Assembly: GCA_963719945.1 (NCBI GenBank)
Contig: CAVRDX010000001.1
Span: forward strand, 576,001 to 640,000
Direction: 5' to 3'
Source of the DNA: an uncultured Thermoplasmata archaeon
Lineage (GTDB): Archaea; Thermoplasmatota; Thermoplasmata; UBA10834
Length of the DNA: 64,000 nt
Shown here: positions 9,859-20,582 of the stretch, in pieces
How the letters are laid out: each line of letters begins with the position of its first letter
How positions within the stretch are numbered: the stretch's first letter is position 1
Translations under genes and position numbers: made by a program
Notes under the pieces: generated by a model
The model's database searches: none
Told to the model about the DNA's origin: nothing
Seen by the model: the letters and a program-made list of their open reading frames with translations, nothing else

Positions 9859-11667
9859 TTACATATCAGTAGCATGTGATCCTTGAGAAACCATTCGCAA
9901 TACTCTGTATAGGACTCGAGGGATCTCGTCAAAGCTTGATACGGCATACATTCTGCCTCCACCATTTTTCGCAATATCTTCACACACAGAAGGTTGGCAA
10001 TCGTGACTTTTAGTCATAATCACAAAAAGGCGCCGGTAGGACATGGCTGCACTTCGAGGATCGGCACCCACCGTGTAATTGCCATCTGTTATCAATATCC
10101 CAACCCTATTCTTCGTGGAAGCCTTTGAGAGCTCATCAACGCCCTTGTGAAGGGCCAATTCGATGTTTGTATATCCTGCCGCGCAGAAGGACAACAGCTC
10201 GGATATCAAATCATCCAACCCCTTAGACTGATCAATTCTCTTGACAGTCCGAGGACGATCATTGAATGTGATCAGGAGATAATCCACCGTCTTCAATCTG
10301 TGAGCGATGACTGCAATTGCGGCTGTGGCGATTGCCAATTTATCTCCCGTCATGGAAAGGCTGGCATCTAGGATGAGTCCAACAGCCATCTCTCTGGGAA
10401 TGCGCTTTTCCACCACGATATCGGAGGGCATTATTTCACTGAGATGAAGCGCATTGTCAAATGTCGCTTCCAGGTCAATCTCTGATTCCTCATCAAGAGA
10501 GTAGCCTTCCCGAGTGATAGATGTCGGCAAAGAAACAGGCCCCAGCAGTTGCAGGACATGGTGAATGGTCGCTCGAACCGCAATCCGCTTGGCCATGTCC
10601 CCCAGCGCAGGGTTCGGCATCAAATATCTCAAACGGGAATAGTTCTTCGCTATCGTCCATCCCAGGTCATCTGAGCTGTTATCATTCCGACTGACGAGGC
10701 CATCAAGGAAAGGCATTAGATCTGAGACATTCACATCACGGCCCCTACGATCACCGACACGTTTCTCACCAGAGTAGGTGGCCCCATCGGTCTTGAAGCT
10801 CATCGCATCCACTTCCGGTCCCAGAGATGATAGGCACTGGTTGACGATATCATCGATGATGTCGTGTAAGCTGATCGGAGATTCTTCCCTCACTTCAATT
10901 CTCGTTGGGAGAGCCATGTGCGCTGCTGACCTCAATCCGACATTCGGGTCATCGGAGATTATCATGGATAGGTCAACCATGCTCATGGCAGCCCGGATGC
11001 TCGCTCCCCGACGTATGTTCTCGTGGTTTCTGGATTTCCTGGTAATCCATACAGCCTTGTGAATGATATCAGCAGAGGCTTCTGGATATCTTCCCCTCAC
11101 GATCGCTATCTCCTCGGCCTCCGACTGATAGTCAAGCCTCAATAATTCAAACCTATCAGATAGTGCTTCAGACAGAGCTGTTGTAGCGACGAATTCCCTT
11201 GGGTTCTGGGTCGAGATTATAACAAAACCATGAGCAGCGTGAACGGTCCCGAATCTCGGTATCTCGATAATCCCTTCATCCATAGCGGGGAGCAATATGT
11301 TCTGTACACCTTCCGGCATCCTGTTCATCTCGTTCAGGAACAAGACTTTTCCACTTTGCATCGCTTCAGTCAAGGGCCCGGGAACAAATGCTTCACTGCA
11401 ATAACCAATCTTCAGGACGAGTGCAGGATCGAACCAGCCGGACAATTTCTGTTCCGTATAACGTTCATCACCATCGATTCTTATGACATCAATACCCATA
11501 TGATTTGCAACCGCGGTCGCCAATATGGTCTTGCCAACACCGACAGGGCCTTCGATCATCAGATGTCTTCGGACCTTCAGCGCAGCCATGGCCCTTTCGA
11601 TCTCATGGTCCCGTCCAATTATACCATGTTCGCGCTTCACCGATTCCACTTTCTCACGAGGGTCCAT
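9859..11667 (-). CDS. MoxR-family AAA+ ATPase fused to a C-terminal vWA domain
   Basis: Walker A GPVGVGKT, Walker B variant LFLNEMNR, TQNP, ALSDRF; vWA MIDAS DASLS...GYT...ITDG. Confidence 0.88.
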   Translation of the reverse strand: MDPREKVESVKREHGIIGRDHEIERAMAALKVRRHLMIEGPVGVGKTILATAVANHMGIDVIRIDGDERYTEQKLSGWFDPALVLKIGYCSEAFVPGPLTEAMQSGKVLFLNEMNRMPEGVQNILLPAMDEGIIEIPRFGTVHAAHGFVIISTQNPREFVATTALSEALSDRFELLRLDYQSEAEEIAIVRGRYPEASADIIHKAVWITRKSRNHENIRRGASIRAAMSMVDLSMIISDDPNVGLRSAAHMALPTRIEVREESPISLHDIIDDIVNQCLSSLGPEVDAMSFKTDGATYSGEKRVGDRRGRDVNVSDLMPFLDGLVSRNDNSSDDLGWTIAKNYSRLRYLMPNPALGDMAKRIAVRATIHHVLQLLGPVSLPTSITREGYSLDEESEIDLEATFDNALHLSEIMPSDIVVEKRIPREMAVGLILDASLSMTGDKLAIATAAIAVIAHRLKTVDYLLITFNDRPRTVKRIDQSKGLDDLISELLSFCAAGYTNIELALHKGVDELSKASTKNRVGILITDGNYTVGADPRSAAMSYRRLFVIMTKSHDCQPSVCEDIAKNGGGRMYAVSSFDEIPRVLYRVLRMVSQGSHATDM

Positions 11668-11721
11668 GGATAGCTCCGCTGATGGATGTGGAATGCAGCT
11701 ATAAATTATTGTCCCGCAGCA

Positions 11722-13620
11722 TCAGGGAAGTGGAAGCAGGACATTGAATATGCTCCCCATCGAATGGTCGGCATATACTCGATTCTCGACCCAGACGCGC
11801 CCTCTGTAACGTTCGGCCAAGGATTTTACGAGGGACAGGCCCATGCCAGCACCTTTTGATCTCGCAGCAATCCCTCTGGCTTCGAGTCGTTTAGTGTCAC
11901 GGAATCCTCTGGAGAACACCTTATCCTTCACATCGTCAGGTATTCCTATTCCGCGGTCCACCACTCTCGTGCGGGCGTACATTTTGCCCTCGAATTCGTT
12001 CACATCCATCTGAATGTCGATTATGACTTCTTCGTGATCATCATACTTTACCGAATTGCTCAAGAGGTTGTAGAACAACTCCTCCATGAACGAATCCGAC
12101 ATGACCCAAACCTCATCCTCGGGGAGATTGAGCCTTATGTCCACATTGCGGTTCAGGAATGCGCCTCGAACATCATTGGCCACCTGGAGCAATCCCTTCT
12201 TGAGGTCACGTGGGACTATATCGATGTGTTCGTCATCCAACATCTCCGATGATCGTCGCACATTCCTTATGATATGGGATATGCTTCGGGTACCTTCGAT
12301 TGCTGAGGCGATGTATTTCTGCTGCGTACGAGTCAAGGTCGTAGTGGTGAGGACAAGCTCGAGATATGCAGAGATTGGGTTCACGAAGTTGCCGACATCG
12401 TGCGTGAGCAGATCAAGATACATCTTCACTCTCCTCTTGGCATCGTTCATATCGTTGAACATGACCGAATTGCCAATAGCAATCGACGCGATGCTTGCAT
12501 ATGCCTCCATAGATTCCATCTCATCTCTTGTTGGAATCTTGCCATTCGTGGGATAATCCAATTGTATTAATCCTGTAAGATGACCTTCGCGATCATATAG
12601 ACCGAAATACAGCAGATCTAGCTCATGCCATGTCTCGGGACTTGATCGAGGTGCGATTATCTTATCGGGGTTTTCTATGAAGACGAATTCGACGGCTCCA
12701 CCCTTCTGGCTTTCGCCAGGGATGAAGTAGCCAGTAGTAGTGACCCTGAACTCTTCCCTCAGATCCTCAAGTGTCTTCGACTTCGACAATTCGCTCGTCT
12801 TTATGATCTCTTCTTCTTCCTTCGTGTAGCCAGTGAGCGCATCAACAAGGACCTTATCCGAATCATTCGAGTATAATGATACTCCTACGCGCCTGTATCC
12901 AAACGCGGAGCTCATGGCATCGGCCACTTTTTGCAGGACAATATGGATGTCATCCACTCTGAGAACGATTCGGGACAGCTCAAGGAGTCTCAGAGTGTTC
13001 TCAGACTTCAACTCATTCTCTATCAGCAGGTCCTTGGCACGATGGTAGATCCTCGAATTTTCGATCCCAATGGCGGCGATCGTGGCGAACAGTTCCATCT
13101 CAGCCACGGTCTCCATGTCGGGTACCCTATTATCTACTGGATAGTCCACCTGCATGTATCCTATCATCTCGCCCTTCCGATCGTGAAACGCGAGATACAG
13201 AAGATCGAGCTCATGCCACATGCCAGGGGCTTTCCTGGGTGCCAGTGCAGCCTCCAAATCCCTCAGAACGACGAAATCCGCTGCGGGAGTTGTCTGCTTT
13301 TCAGCGGGGATATAATAGGCAATACGAGAAATCCTGCAATCATCACGGAAATCATCGAGAATCGTGTCCAAATCGAACGCATCTTCTCGCGATTGTATCT
13401 CCGCAATCTCCTCAACAGAATACCCTGCAAGAGCATGGTCAGTGAACATCTTGTTCTTATTGTCAATTATGGATATACTGACACGGTCGAATCCGAACTG
13501 CTCCCGCACCGTCTCGACGATCCTCTGCAGCAGGACTCCTATGTCCTCCACATTGAGTAGACTAGTCGTGATATCGAAGATTCTAGAGAGCGTCCTCATC
13601 CTCTTGTCTTGATCTTTCAT
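11722..13620 (-). CDS. GAF-GAF histidine kinase
   Basis: Two GAF repeats; H-box LLTHDVGN; NLLSNSVKY, VDRGIGI, GAGMGL. Start taken at MKDQDK; the ORF is open to 13731. Confidence 0.9.
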   Translation of the reverse strand: MKDQDKRMRTLSRIFDITTSLLNVEDIGVLLQRIVETVREQFGFDRVSISIIDNKNKMFTDHALAGYSVEEIAEIQSREDAFDLDTILDDFRDDCRISRIAYYIPAEKQTTPAADFVVLRDLEAALAPRKAPGMWHELDLLYLAFHDRKGEMIGYMQVDYPVDNRVPDMETVAEMELFATIAAIGIENSRIYHRAKDLLIENELKSENTLRLLELSRIVLRVDDIHIVLQKVADAMSSAFGYRRVGVSLYSNDSDKVLVDALTGYTKEEEEIIKTSELSKSKTLEDLREEFRVTTTGYFIPGESQKGGAVEFVFIENPDKIIAPRSSPETWHELDLLYFGLYDREGHLTGLIQLDYPTNGKIPTRDEMESMEAYASIASIAIGNSVMFNDMNDAKRRVKMYLDLLTHDVGNFVNPISAYLELVLTTTTLTRTQQKYIASAIEGTRSISHIIRNVRRSSEMLDDEHIDIVPRDLKKGLLQVANDVRGAFLNRNVDIRLNLPEDEVWVMSDSFMEELFYNLLSNSVKYDDHEEVIIDIQMDVNEFEGKMYARTRVVDRGIGIPDDVKDKVFSRGFRDTKRLEARGIAARSKGAGMGLSLVKSLAERYRGRVWVENRVYADHSMGSIFNVLLPLP

Positions 13621-13860
13621 AGGGACGTGCAGCCTCTTCATCTCCCAATTGGGCCATCCAATCAGCCAATCATCATGCATCCGATAAAAGGCTTTGCGAA
13701 TGGTTTCACGAAATGAGATTGATTGCATCATCGCATAATCGACAGCTTCCGGCCTGACATTCGTGCATGACCAGGCCGCACGCCATCAGCTATGGCAATA
13801 TCATCAAAGGCAAAGGATTAATTGCCAACAGTCATTTGAGACATTTATCGGTGAGGGCGA

Positions 13861-14310
13861 TTGAGAGACCTGCATAATGAAATGGTTATCAGACCGATAA
13901 GGGAAGAGGAACTTGGCGCATTGGTGAATCTTTGGAAGGATTCAGGCCTCCCATTTAGACCAGAAGGGAGGGACCGCATGGACAGACTATCTCAGCAGAG
14001 GAAAGACGACCCCGACCTGTTCATTGGCGCATTTGAGAAGGGTATGATGATTGGAGCTGCAATAGCCAGTGACGATGGAAGGAAGGGGTGGATCAACAGA
14101 CTTGCGGTTTTGCCTGCTTTCAGGAGGAAGGGCGTGGGAATGTATCTCGTGGAAGAGTCTGAGAAAGTCCTGAGGAAGCGAGGGAGAAAGGTGTTCTCCA
14201 TACTCATCGAAGGAGAGAACAAGGCCTCAGAAGATTTGTTCATCGGCGCGGGCTACAAAAGAGAAGATGATATCATATACTATGCAAAGAGGGATGATGA
14301 AGCGTTCTGA
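13861..14310 (+). CDS. GNAT acetyltransferase (YpeA-like)
   Basis: DGRKGWINRLAVLPAFRRKGVG. Confidence 0.88.
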   Translation: MRDLHNEMVIRPIREEELGALVNLWKDSGLPFRPEGRDRMDRLSQQRKDDPDLFIGAFEKGMMIGAAIASDDGRKGWINRLAVLPAFRRKGVGMYLVEESEKVLRKRGRKVFSILIEGENKASEDLFIGAGYKREDDIIYYAKRDDEAF

Positions 14311-14321
14311 GCGAATTGTGC

Positions 14322-15158
14322 TCAACCCAATTCGAACCCTGCGATTCCGAAAACCCTTGTCAAATCACCTGTGTATCGAGGAAGACCTCGAGTCATCATC
14401 CTGACATCGAAATTCTTGACCTGCGCATGTGAGTCGATGATTCGTCGAATATTGGGATTATCCTCAAAATAACCCATGTCAACCCTCATACCATCGAACG
14501 ATGACAGTACAGACGAAAGCAAATGATGGGCATCGTGCGTCCTGCATATCCAAGGACCAATATCCCCACCAAGAGGGGTTCTTCTCGCGAAGATATATCC
14601 ATCAATGACTCCGCCATTCACGGTCTTCCGACACAGGTCAGGGTTATCAGCATGGAGATTCTCCAGAAGATTGGCTCTCGAATCTCCGAATAGTCGTTCA
14701 TCGATCGCTGCAACCTCATCGAGGTCATCAGGGAAGACAGGTTCTGTTGTGGTCAGTCTCGGAAAAGGACCAGTAACGTTCATGCCATATGAGACGACCT
14801 TTGGCCCTTTTGAGAAGCCCATCCGCTCGTACAAACTAGTGCCATCCTCCGTCGAGAATGTAATCACGGACTCGATTCCAGAAGAATCAAGAATGGACAA
14901 TACGTGCTCAAGGAGGCTTCTTCCGATACCGACTCCTCTATTTCCCGCAGTGACGAGAAGATGGCCGATGATCGCTGTGGACGAATGAATCATACTCGTT
15001 ATAAGACCGCGAAGCTCCTCGTCCTCCCACACATAGCTCAAGCCTTTTGACAAGCTGAGGACGCGTTCTATCTCGACCCGCGAATATGCCCACCGCACCT
15101 GATTGGTAGCATTCAGAACGAAGTCTATGTCACTAGTTCTCATAGTCCGTATCATCAA
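14322..15158 (-). CDS. Tandem GNAT acetyltransferase (YitH-like)
   Basis: NRGVGIGRSLL...LYERMGF; second domain IDERLFGDSR...IGPW; ends FELG. Confidence 0.85.
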   Translation of the reverse strand: MMIRTMRTSDIDFVLNATNQVRWAYSRVEIERVLSLSKGLSYVWEDEELRGLITSMIHSSTAIIGHLLVTAGNRGVGIGRSLLEHVLSILDSSGIESVITFSTEDGTSLYERMGFSKGPKVVSYGMNVTGPFPRLTTTEPVFPDDLDEVAAIDERLFGDSRANLLENLHADNPDLCRKTVNGGVIDGYIFARRTPLGGDIGPWICRTHDAHHLLSSVLSSFDGMRVDMGYFEDNPNIRRIIDSHAQVKNFDVRMMTRGLPRYTGDLTRVFGIAGFELG

Positions 15159-15384
15159 ATTCGTCCTCCAGGCGGAATATCCGTGGTCTCGACCGAAAAG
15201 GCTCGGTCTATCGACGATGTCAAATGTTTAAACTCGACCTTGTCGATGATGATGTCATCAGCAACATATCGCATAATGATTGCCTTGCCAGTGAGATCAA
15301 TCCCGATATGCAACAATAACTTCGACATGTTTTTATAACGGGGTGTAAATCCCAAGATGCGCGATTTCGACCCGAGGGATTGGG

Positions 15385-16752
15385 ATGCAGAGCAGTGTAA
15401 ACCCTATCAATAATGCTATCAAGCAGACTAGGTCAACCAGAACAATTCCGATCAATGATCTCCTAGAGATACTCAAAATAATTTCTCGCGTCGAGCCTCT
15501 TGAGGTGCTCCTTGATAAAGTCACCACTACTATCTCATCGGCGTTCGGCATCAAATCACTGGTGATATGCACTCTCGATGACGGGGCAGGAGTGTTCAGC
15601 CCTACAGCAATCAAGGGATTCCCTCTGGACAGTGTAAATGCGATCAGAAGACACACCTATACGCTCGACCGCAAGAAGCATGATTTCAGAGACGATTTGC
15701 GCATAGGTGAGAGAACGTATTACATGCGGCCAGAGGTTCAGCACAAACTCACAAACGACGATATGGACTATGTAATCGACCCCTCCACGATCTCAAAAAA
15801 GCGGGCGCGTCCAGATGAGTGGCATCCATTGGATGCCATATCGTTTCTGATGGTTGACCGCCTTGGGAACTGGATCGGTTGGATTGAGATTGACGAGACG
15901 ATAGATGGAAAGGTTCCGACACCGGATGTCATTGGGAGGATCCAGCTGCTTGCAGACCTCACCGGAATCGCCATAGAGAACTCAAGGGTGTATGAAGACG
16001 CCATCGCAGCTATGAACGAATCACAGAGTTACCTCGACCTGATAGTACATGATATCGGCAACATCGTGAACCCGCTCATATATTATCAAGAAAAGATCGA
16101 AGCAAGCGATGCTCTCGATGAAAAGAACCGAGAATATCTCGGCCGAGCAATTGCTGCATCCAAAGCCGCAAAAGGCCTCGTGGACAACGTGAGGAAGGTC
16201 TCGGAAGCGAAATCCTCAGATGCTCTGGTCCAAGAGAACATGGATCTCAGGGAAGTCCTGGTCAAATGCATCTCGGCACTGAAGAGAGATTTCCCATCCA
16301 AGGACATCATAGTGGGCCTCGACTGCCCGGAGAACGAATGCATGGTCAAGGTCGACTCACTAATCCACGACTTATTCATGAATATTTTGAGCAATGCGGT
16401 GAAATACAATCCTAACCAGACCGCGGAGATAGAAGTCGGGATAGGCAATGGCCCAGGAGTCTGGACTGTCTTGATAGAGGACCATGGAATTGGGATTCCA
16501 GATGAGAATAAGAACGGAGTGTTCAATCGGTTCGCCAAGCGCCCGGACGGCGTCTCAGGCACGGGTATGGGATTATCAATCGTATCCCTGCTGGTTGAGA
16601 GATACAATGGTGTCATCAGCGTCAGAGACCGCATTCCAGGCAACCCCCACGAAGGAGCATCCTTCGAAGTAGCCTTCCCAAAGCCCGCATCATCCAACAA
16701 CGGCAAGGTCTCCGCGAATCACCTTGTCATGACCGGTGAGGACAGTTTCTAA
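15385..16752 (+). CDS. GAF histidine kinase
   Basis: H-box LIVHDIGN; NILSNAVKY; EDHGIGI; GTGMGL. Confidence 0.9.
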   Translation: MQSSVNPINNAIKQTRSTRTIPINDLLEILKIISRVEPLEVLLDKVTTTISSAFGIKSLVICTLDDGAGVFSPTAIKGFPLDSVNAIRRHTYTLDRKKHDFRDDLRIGERTYYMRPEVQHKLTNDDMDYVIDPSTISKKRARPDEWHPLDAISFLMVDRLGNWIGWIEIDETIDGKVPTPDVIGRIQLLADLTGIAIENSRVYEDAIAAMNESQSYLDLIVHDIGNIVNPLIYYQEKIEASDALDEKNREYLGRAIAASKAAKGLVDNVRKVSEAKSSDALVQENMDLREVLVKCISALKRDFPSKDIIVGLDCPENECMVKVDSLIHDLFMNILSNAVKYNPNQTAEIEVGIGNGPGVWTVLIEDHGIGIPDENKNGVFNRFAKRPDGVSGTGMGLSIVSLLVERYNGVISVRDRIPGNPHEGASFEVAFPKPASSNNGKVSANHLVMTGEDSF

Positions 16753-16828
16753 CAACTGAATGACAGACCATGAACCACATCCGCTATCTCCGAAAGAAAT
16801 ATCTAAGCAAGAGTCTGTCCCATGAATC

Positions 16829-17278
16829 ATGCCAGATGATGAAATCGGAGGCCAGCCAGTCATCAGAAAGACCGACGACTTCGAGACGATGAGAAGATTG
16901 GCATTGGATGCCGGTCTAGAAGACGGCACTTTCGAGAACATAATATCTGCTGTTGGATTCTTCATTGGTAACCAGATGATGGGAACTGTGGCGCTCAAGA
17001 AGGATGGAGACCGATACTCCATCGAGTGGCTATCGGTTTCTGAGCCACTCCGCGGAAAGGGGATCGGCGGTATGCTGGTCAGTAGAATCGAGTCCGAAGC
17101 GAAGGCGAGAGGAGCGAGCACTCTATGGGCGCTTGCTCGTGCCCCGAAGTTCTTTCAGAAGATAGGATTCAAAGTGGCATCACGCGATGAGGCGGGAGGA
17201 CCGTCCATGAACAACTGCCTCCTCTGTAAACAATTCCAGAAGAACTGTTTCCCCGCCATAGTATCCAAGGCGCTCTAG
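16829..17278 (+). CDS. GNAT acetyltransferase with C-terminal Cys cluster (short ArgA-like)
   Basis: LRGKGIGGML; FFQKIGF; CLLCKQFQKNC. Confidence 0.82.
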   Translation: MPDDEIGGQPVIRKTDDFETMRRLALDAGLEDGTFENIISAVGFFIGNQMMGTVALKKDGDRYSIEWLSVSEPLRGKGIGGMLVSRIESEAKARGASTLWALARAPKFFQKIGFKVASRDEAGGPSMNNCLLCKQFQKNCFPAIVSKAL

Positions 17279-17355
17279 CCCCACCCAATGAACATTATTC
17301 GACATCTATAAGTATCCTCATGCCGTGATGCTCGCCAACCAATGGGGTTGGCTTA

Positions 17356-18516
17356 ATGGGCATCACAGAAAAGAGAATAATCGAATGCGCCAAGAACATG
17401 GTCAAGACATGCAATGTGAAGAAAGGCGACGGAGTCGTGGTCAAAGGAGGGGCTCACACACAGATGCTTCTCGAGGAGATCGCGCTGGAATGCTACAGGA
17501 AAGGTGCAACCCCGACCATAGTCTGCAGCTCCGATAGATATGCGAAGAAGATCTACAAGGATATCCCTGCAAAGACCCTCGAGACGGTCCCTAAGCAATA
17601 TGTCGGCATGATTCAGGCAGCGGATATCTTGATATCGGTTGAGGAATTCGACGATCCCAAGATCGCGGAAACATTTCCCAGGGACAAGTTGACTGCCAGG
17701 CAGAAAGCGAACCTCCCCATATTTGACATAATATTCCATCCCACAGAAGGAAAGAGATGGCTATATGCTGGCTGGCCTACGGAAGCAGCCTCTAGGAGCT
17801 TCGGCATACCGTACAAGGAACTCGAGAACATCATTCTTGGGGGAATAGGCGTCCCCTGCCAGGAACTCATGAATATCGGCAAGAAGATGGCAAAGGGGTT
17901 CAAAGACGCCGAATGGGTCCACGTATGGGACAAGAAGGGAACTGACTTCAGGGTCAAGGTCGATGGAAGGCGACTGAACATCGACGACGGATTCACTAGC
18001 GATGAGGATTACAAAGTTGGTGACAGAGGGGCGAATCTTCCCGCAGGCGAGCTATTCATCGCCCCCCACGAGACTCAAGGAGAAGGCACCCTATTCAGCC
18101 CAATAACGAGGGACCGGATGACGGAGAAGCTAGTGACCAATGTCAGACTGGCGTTCAAGAACGGCAAGCTGCTCCTGAATAAGACCACTGCAGACAAGAA
18201 TCTCGATGCGCTCATCTCCAGTTTCGAGGAATGTCAAGCTGTGGACAAGAAGAAATACAAGCCGGTCAGAACGATGAATGTCGGCGAGTTGGGGATAGGA
18301 TACAACCCTAGGATAAAGAAAGCAGTGGGATACATATTGACGGATGAGAAGGTAGCAGGGACAGTCCATGTAGCCTTCGGCTCGAACAACTCCTACGGTG
18401 GGACTTCCGAATCAACCATGCATTGGGACTTCGTCAGTGCCCCTGGCATCAATATAGAGGTTCAGAGACTGGACGGCAAGGTCATCCAAGTAATGACGAA
18501 AGGCAGACTACTCTGA
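17356..18516 (+). CDS. Aminopeptidase, M29 (AmpS/AmpT) family
   Basis: NLPAGELFIAP; GELGIG; DEKVAGTVHVAFG; HWD. Confidence 0.9.
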   Translation: MGITEKRIIECAKNMVKTCNVKKGDGVVVKGGAHTQMLLEEIALECYRKGATPTIVCSSDRYAKKIYKDIPAKTLETVPKQYVGMIQAADILISVEEFDDPKIAETFPRDKLTARQKANLPIFDIIFHPTEGKRWLYAGWPTEAASRSFGIPYKELENIILGGIGVPCQELMNIGKKMAKGFKDAEWVHVWDKKGTDFRVKVDGRRLNIDDGFTSDEDYKVGDRGANLPAGELFIAPHETQGEGTLFSPITRDRMTEKLVTNVRLAFKNGKLLLNKTTADKNLDALISSFEECQAVDKKKYKPVRTMNVGELGIGYNPRIKKAVGYILTDEKVAGTVHVAFGSNNSYGGTSESTMHWDFVSAPGINIEVQRLDGKVIQVMTKGRLL

Positions 18517-19107
18517 GAAGGGGGACTCGGGCACGAGCCTTCTGCCCGCAGCCTCTGCAGACACGAGAGCCGTCTGCTTTCTTGGCCCCATCGCGGGGTC
18601 ATCCGTATGACCCAGGAGCACCTCGCCAACATATTGATAGTCGATGGCAGCAAAGAATGCTTTGACAACGTGCAGTGCTGGTTCGAAGATGTTGGGTTTC
18701 GGAGATCCAGCGCACGATACGAATAAACCCTTGGGGCGGATCTTTCCCTCGTATGCACGCCGCTCAAGAACATAGCGTTCTACCCAATAACTCTGGCATC
18801 TGTCCACCATCGCCTTCGTCTGAGCGGAGACACCCATGAAGAAGATGGGTGATGCGAGAACAATCCCGTCAACGTTCCGTATCCTTGAATATATCTGACC
18901 CATGTCATCATCGTCGGCAAACGCACACGTGGCGCCAGCATCGCACGCCCTGCATTCCTTGCAGGGGTTTAGATTCATATCAGCTAGATCCAAACGCTCG
19001 GTCGTGGCCCCTGAGCTGCGGGCGCCGGAAAGAGCTGCCTCTAGCAAGTCTGCTGTGTTGCCGTCCTTGCGCGGACTTCCGAGTATTCCCAGAATTTTCG
19101 AAGACAT
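18508..19107 (-). CDS. Iron-sulfur flavoprotein / NADPH-dependent FMN reductase
   Basis: GSPRKDGNT; CKECRAC...C cluster motif; ASPIFF. Confidence 0.88.
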   Translation of the reverse strand: MSSKILGILGSPRKDGNTADLLEAALSGARSSGATTERLDLADMNLNPCKECRACDAGATCAFADDDDMGQIYSRIRNVDGIVLASPIFFMGVSAQTKAMVDRCQSYWVERYVLERRAYEGKIRPKGLFVSCAGSPKPNIFEPALHVVKAFFAAIDYQYVGEVLLGHTDDPAMGPRKQTALVSAEAAGRRLVPESPFSE

Positions 19108-19231
19108 ATTCTCAAATCCGTTATTGGGTATGGTCAAAAGAAGTCCTGACCATTATTTGTAGCTAATGGATTGTGGAGACGCATAAAGGTTTAACATAAT
19201 GACCTGTGCTCTCTGAACGGGGATTGATACG

Positions 19232-20005
19232 GTGAGTCAAGCGAGATTCAACGACAGGGCGGTGATTATAACAGGCGGAGCCTCGGGCATAGGCAAGGCT
19301 ACCGCGGAGGGGTTTCTCGAAGAGGGTGCCAGAGTCGCAATATTCGATGTTTCAAAAGATGGATGCCGCTCCGTGGCAGATGAATTCAAGAAGAAGGGGC
19401 ACCAGATATTCACTGCGACGGGAGACGTTAGTAGCCAAGCCGATGTCAAGAGAATGGTGAAGGCTGCGACCAAACACCTTGGGGCAATCGACGTGTTGTT
19501 CAACAATGCGGGTATCCTGGTTGAAGGAACAGTAGATCAGGTATCGGAGGCGGATTGGGACAGGATAATGGCAATCAATGTCAAGGGAGTATTCCTGATG
19601 TGCAAAGAGGTGATCCCTCTGATGCTATCAAACGGTCGCGGAACCATTGTGAACAACGCATCCTGTAGCGGTCTTGTTGGGGACAGAGGAGCGATAGCGT
19701 ACAACACATCAAAAGGCGCCGTCGTCCTGATGACCAAATGCCTCGCACTGGACTACGCGGATCAAAGCATTCGGGTCAATTGCGTATGCCCAGGTGAGAT
19801 AGAGACACCGATGTTCAAACAGGAAGCGAGATCGAGAAGGATGTCTCTCGAGAAGTATCGGTCACAACTGGCTGCTTGCCATCCTATTGGCAGGCTTGGC
19901 AAACCAAAGGAGGTGGCCGATGCAGTCCTGTTCCTCGCATCGTCCGATGCGAGTTTTATAACAGGTGCCGCATTCTCAGTCGACGGTGGGTATACCTGCC
20001 AATGA
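19232..20005 (+). CDS. SDR family oxidoreductase
   Basis: TGGASGIG, NNAG, YNTSKG, DGG. Confidence 0.93.
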   Translation: MSQARFNDRAVIITGGASGIGKATAEGFLEEGARVAIFDVSKDGCRSVADEFKKKGHQIFTATGDVSSQADVKRMVKAATKHLGAIDVLFNNAGILVEGTVDQVSEADWDRIMAINVKGVFLMCKEVIPLMLSNGRGTIVNNASCSGLVGDRGAIAYNTSKGAVVLMTKCLALDYADQSIRVNCVCPGEIETPMFKQEARSRRMSLEKYRSQLAACHPIGRLGKPKEVADAVLFLASSDASFITGAAFSVDGGYTCQ

Positions 20006-20013
20006 GAAGCTCA

Positions 20014-20391
20014 TCACAATCGAATCAGGCGCACCCTAGCTCCAGGGCGGACGGTTCCGAGTATCGTCGGATCACTTACCGCCTTTCCGACAATATTGCA
20101 TTTTGAATACGCTCTTGGCCTATCATCTATGCTCGCAGGAGTCTTGCCAAAGAATAGAGCAAGTGCATCACCATCCGGCCAGTATGCAACCTCACCCACA
20201 TCCATATCGGCACGCGCATCGCCTTCCAGGTCTGTATGGAATGGCGCCCCAAAATATACCTCGTCTCCCCATCTGCTAGCCTTCCCTTCGAAAGGCAGAG
20301 CGGATATTAGTGCATCCGTCGTTGGAGTCGCATCTTCCCGCAGCTTTATCTTAAGCGAGAGGTCACCATCAATATCGCATAGAATTTCCAT
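20014..20391 (-). CDS. Cyclophilin-like fold protein (DUF369/TM1367-like)
   Basis: LPFEGKASRWGDEVYF; GEVAYWPDGDALALFFGKTP. Confidence 0.85.
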   Translation of the reverse strand: MEILCDIDGDLSLKIKLREDATPTTDALISALPFEGKASRWGDEVYFGAPFHTDLEGDARADMDVGEVAYWPDGDALALFFGKTPASIDDRPRAYSKCNIVGKAVSDPTILGTVRPGARVRLIRL

Positions 20392-20582
20392 CTTCCGTCC
20401 CCTGATAGGGGACGACGACCAGCATATTACATCTTTCGTTCTCAGCACATACACCTGCTCTAGCGCATATGCTGCCCATCTTCGGTACTATCTTTATCAA
20501 GCAAGATAGCCATCGACAAACAGTCAAGGGCAGGGTGGTTCGCCCAAGTAAGGGTATCCGGCCCTGAGATAGGAGGAATTAG

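Noticed and set aside
15155-15355. 66-aa ORF upstream of the tandem GNAT
   Set aside because: It occupies the divergent promoter region and has no recognisable motif.
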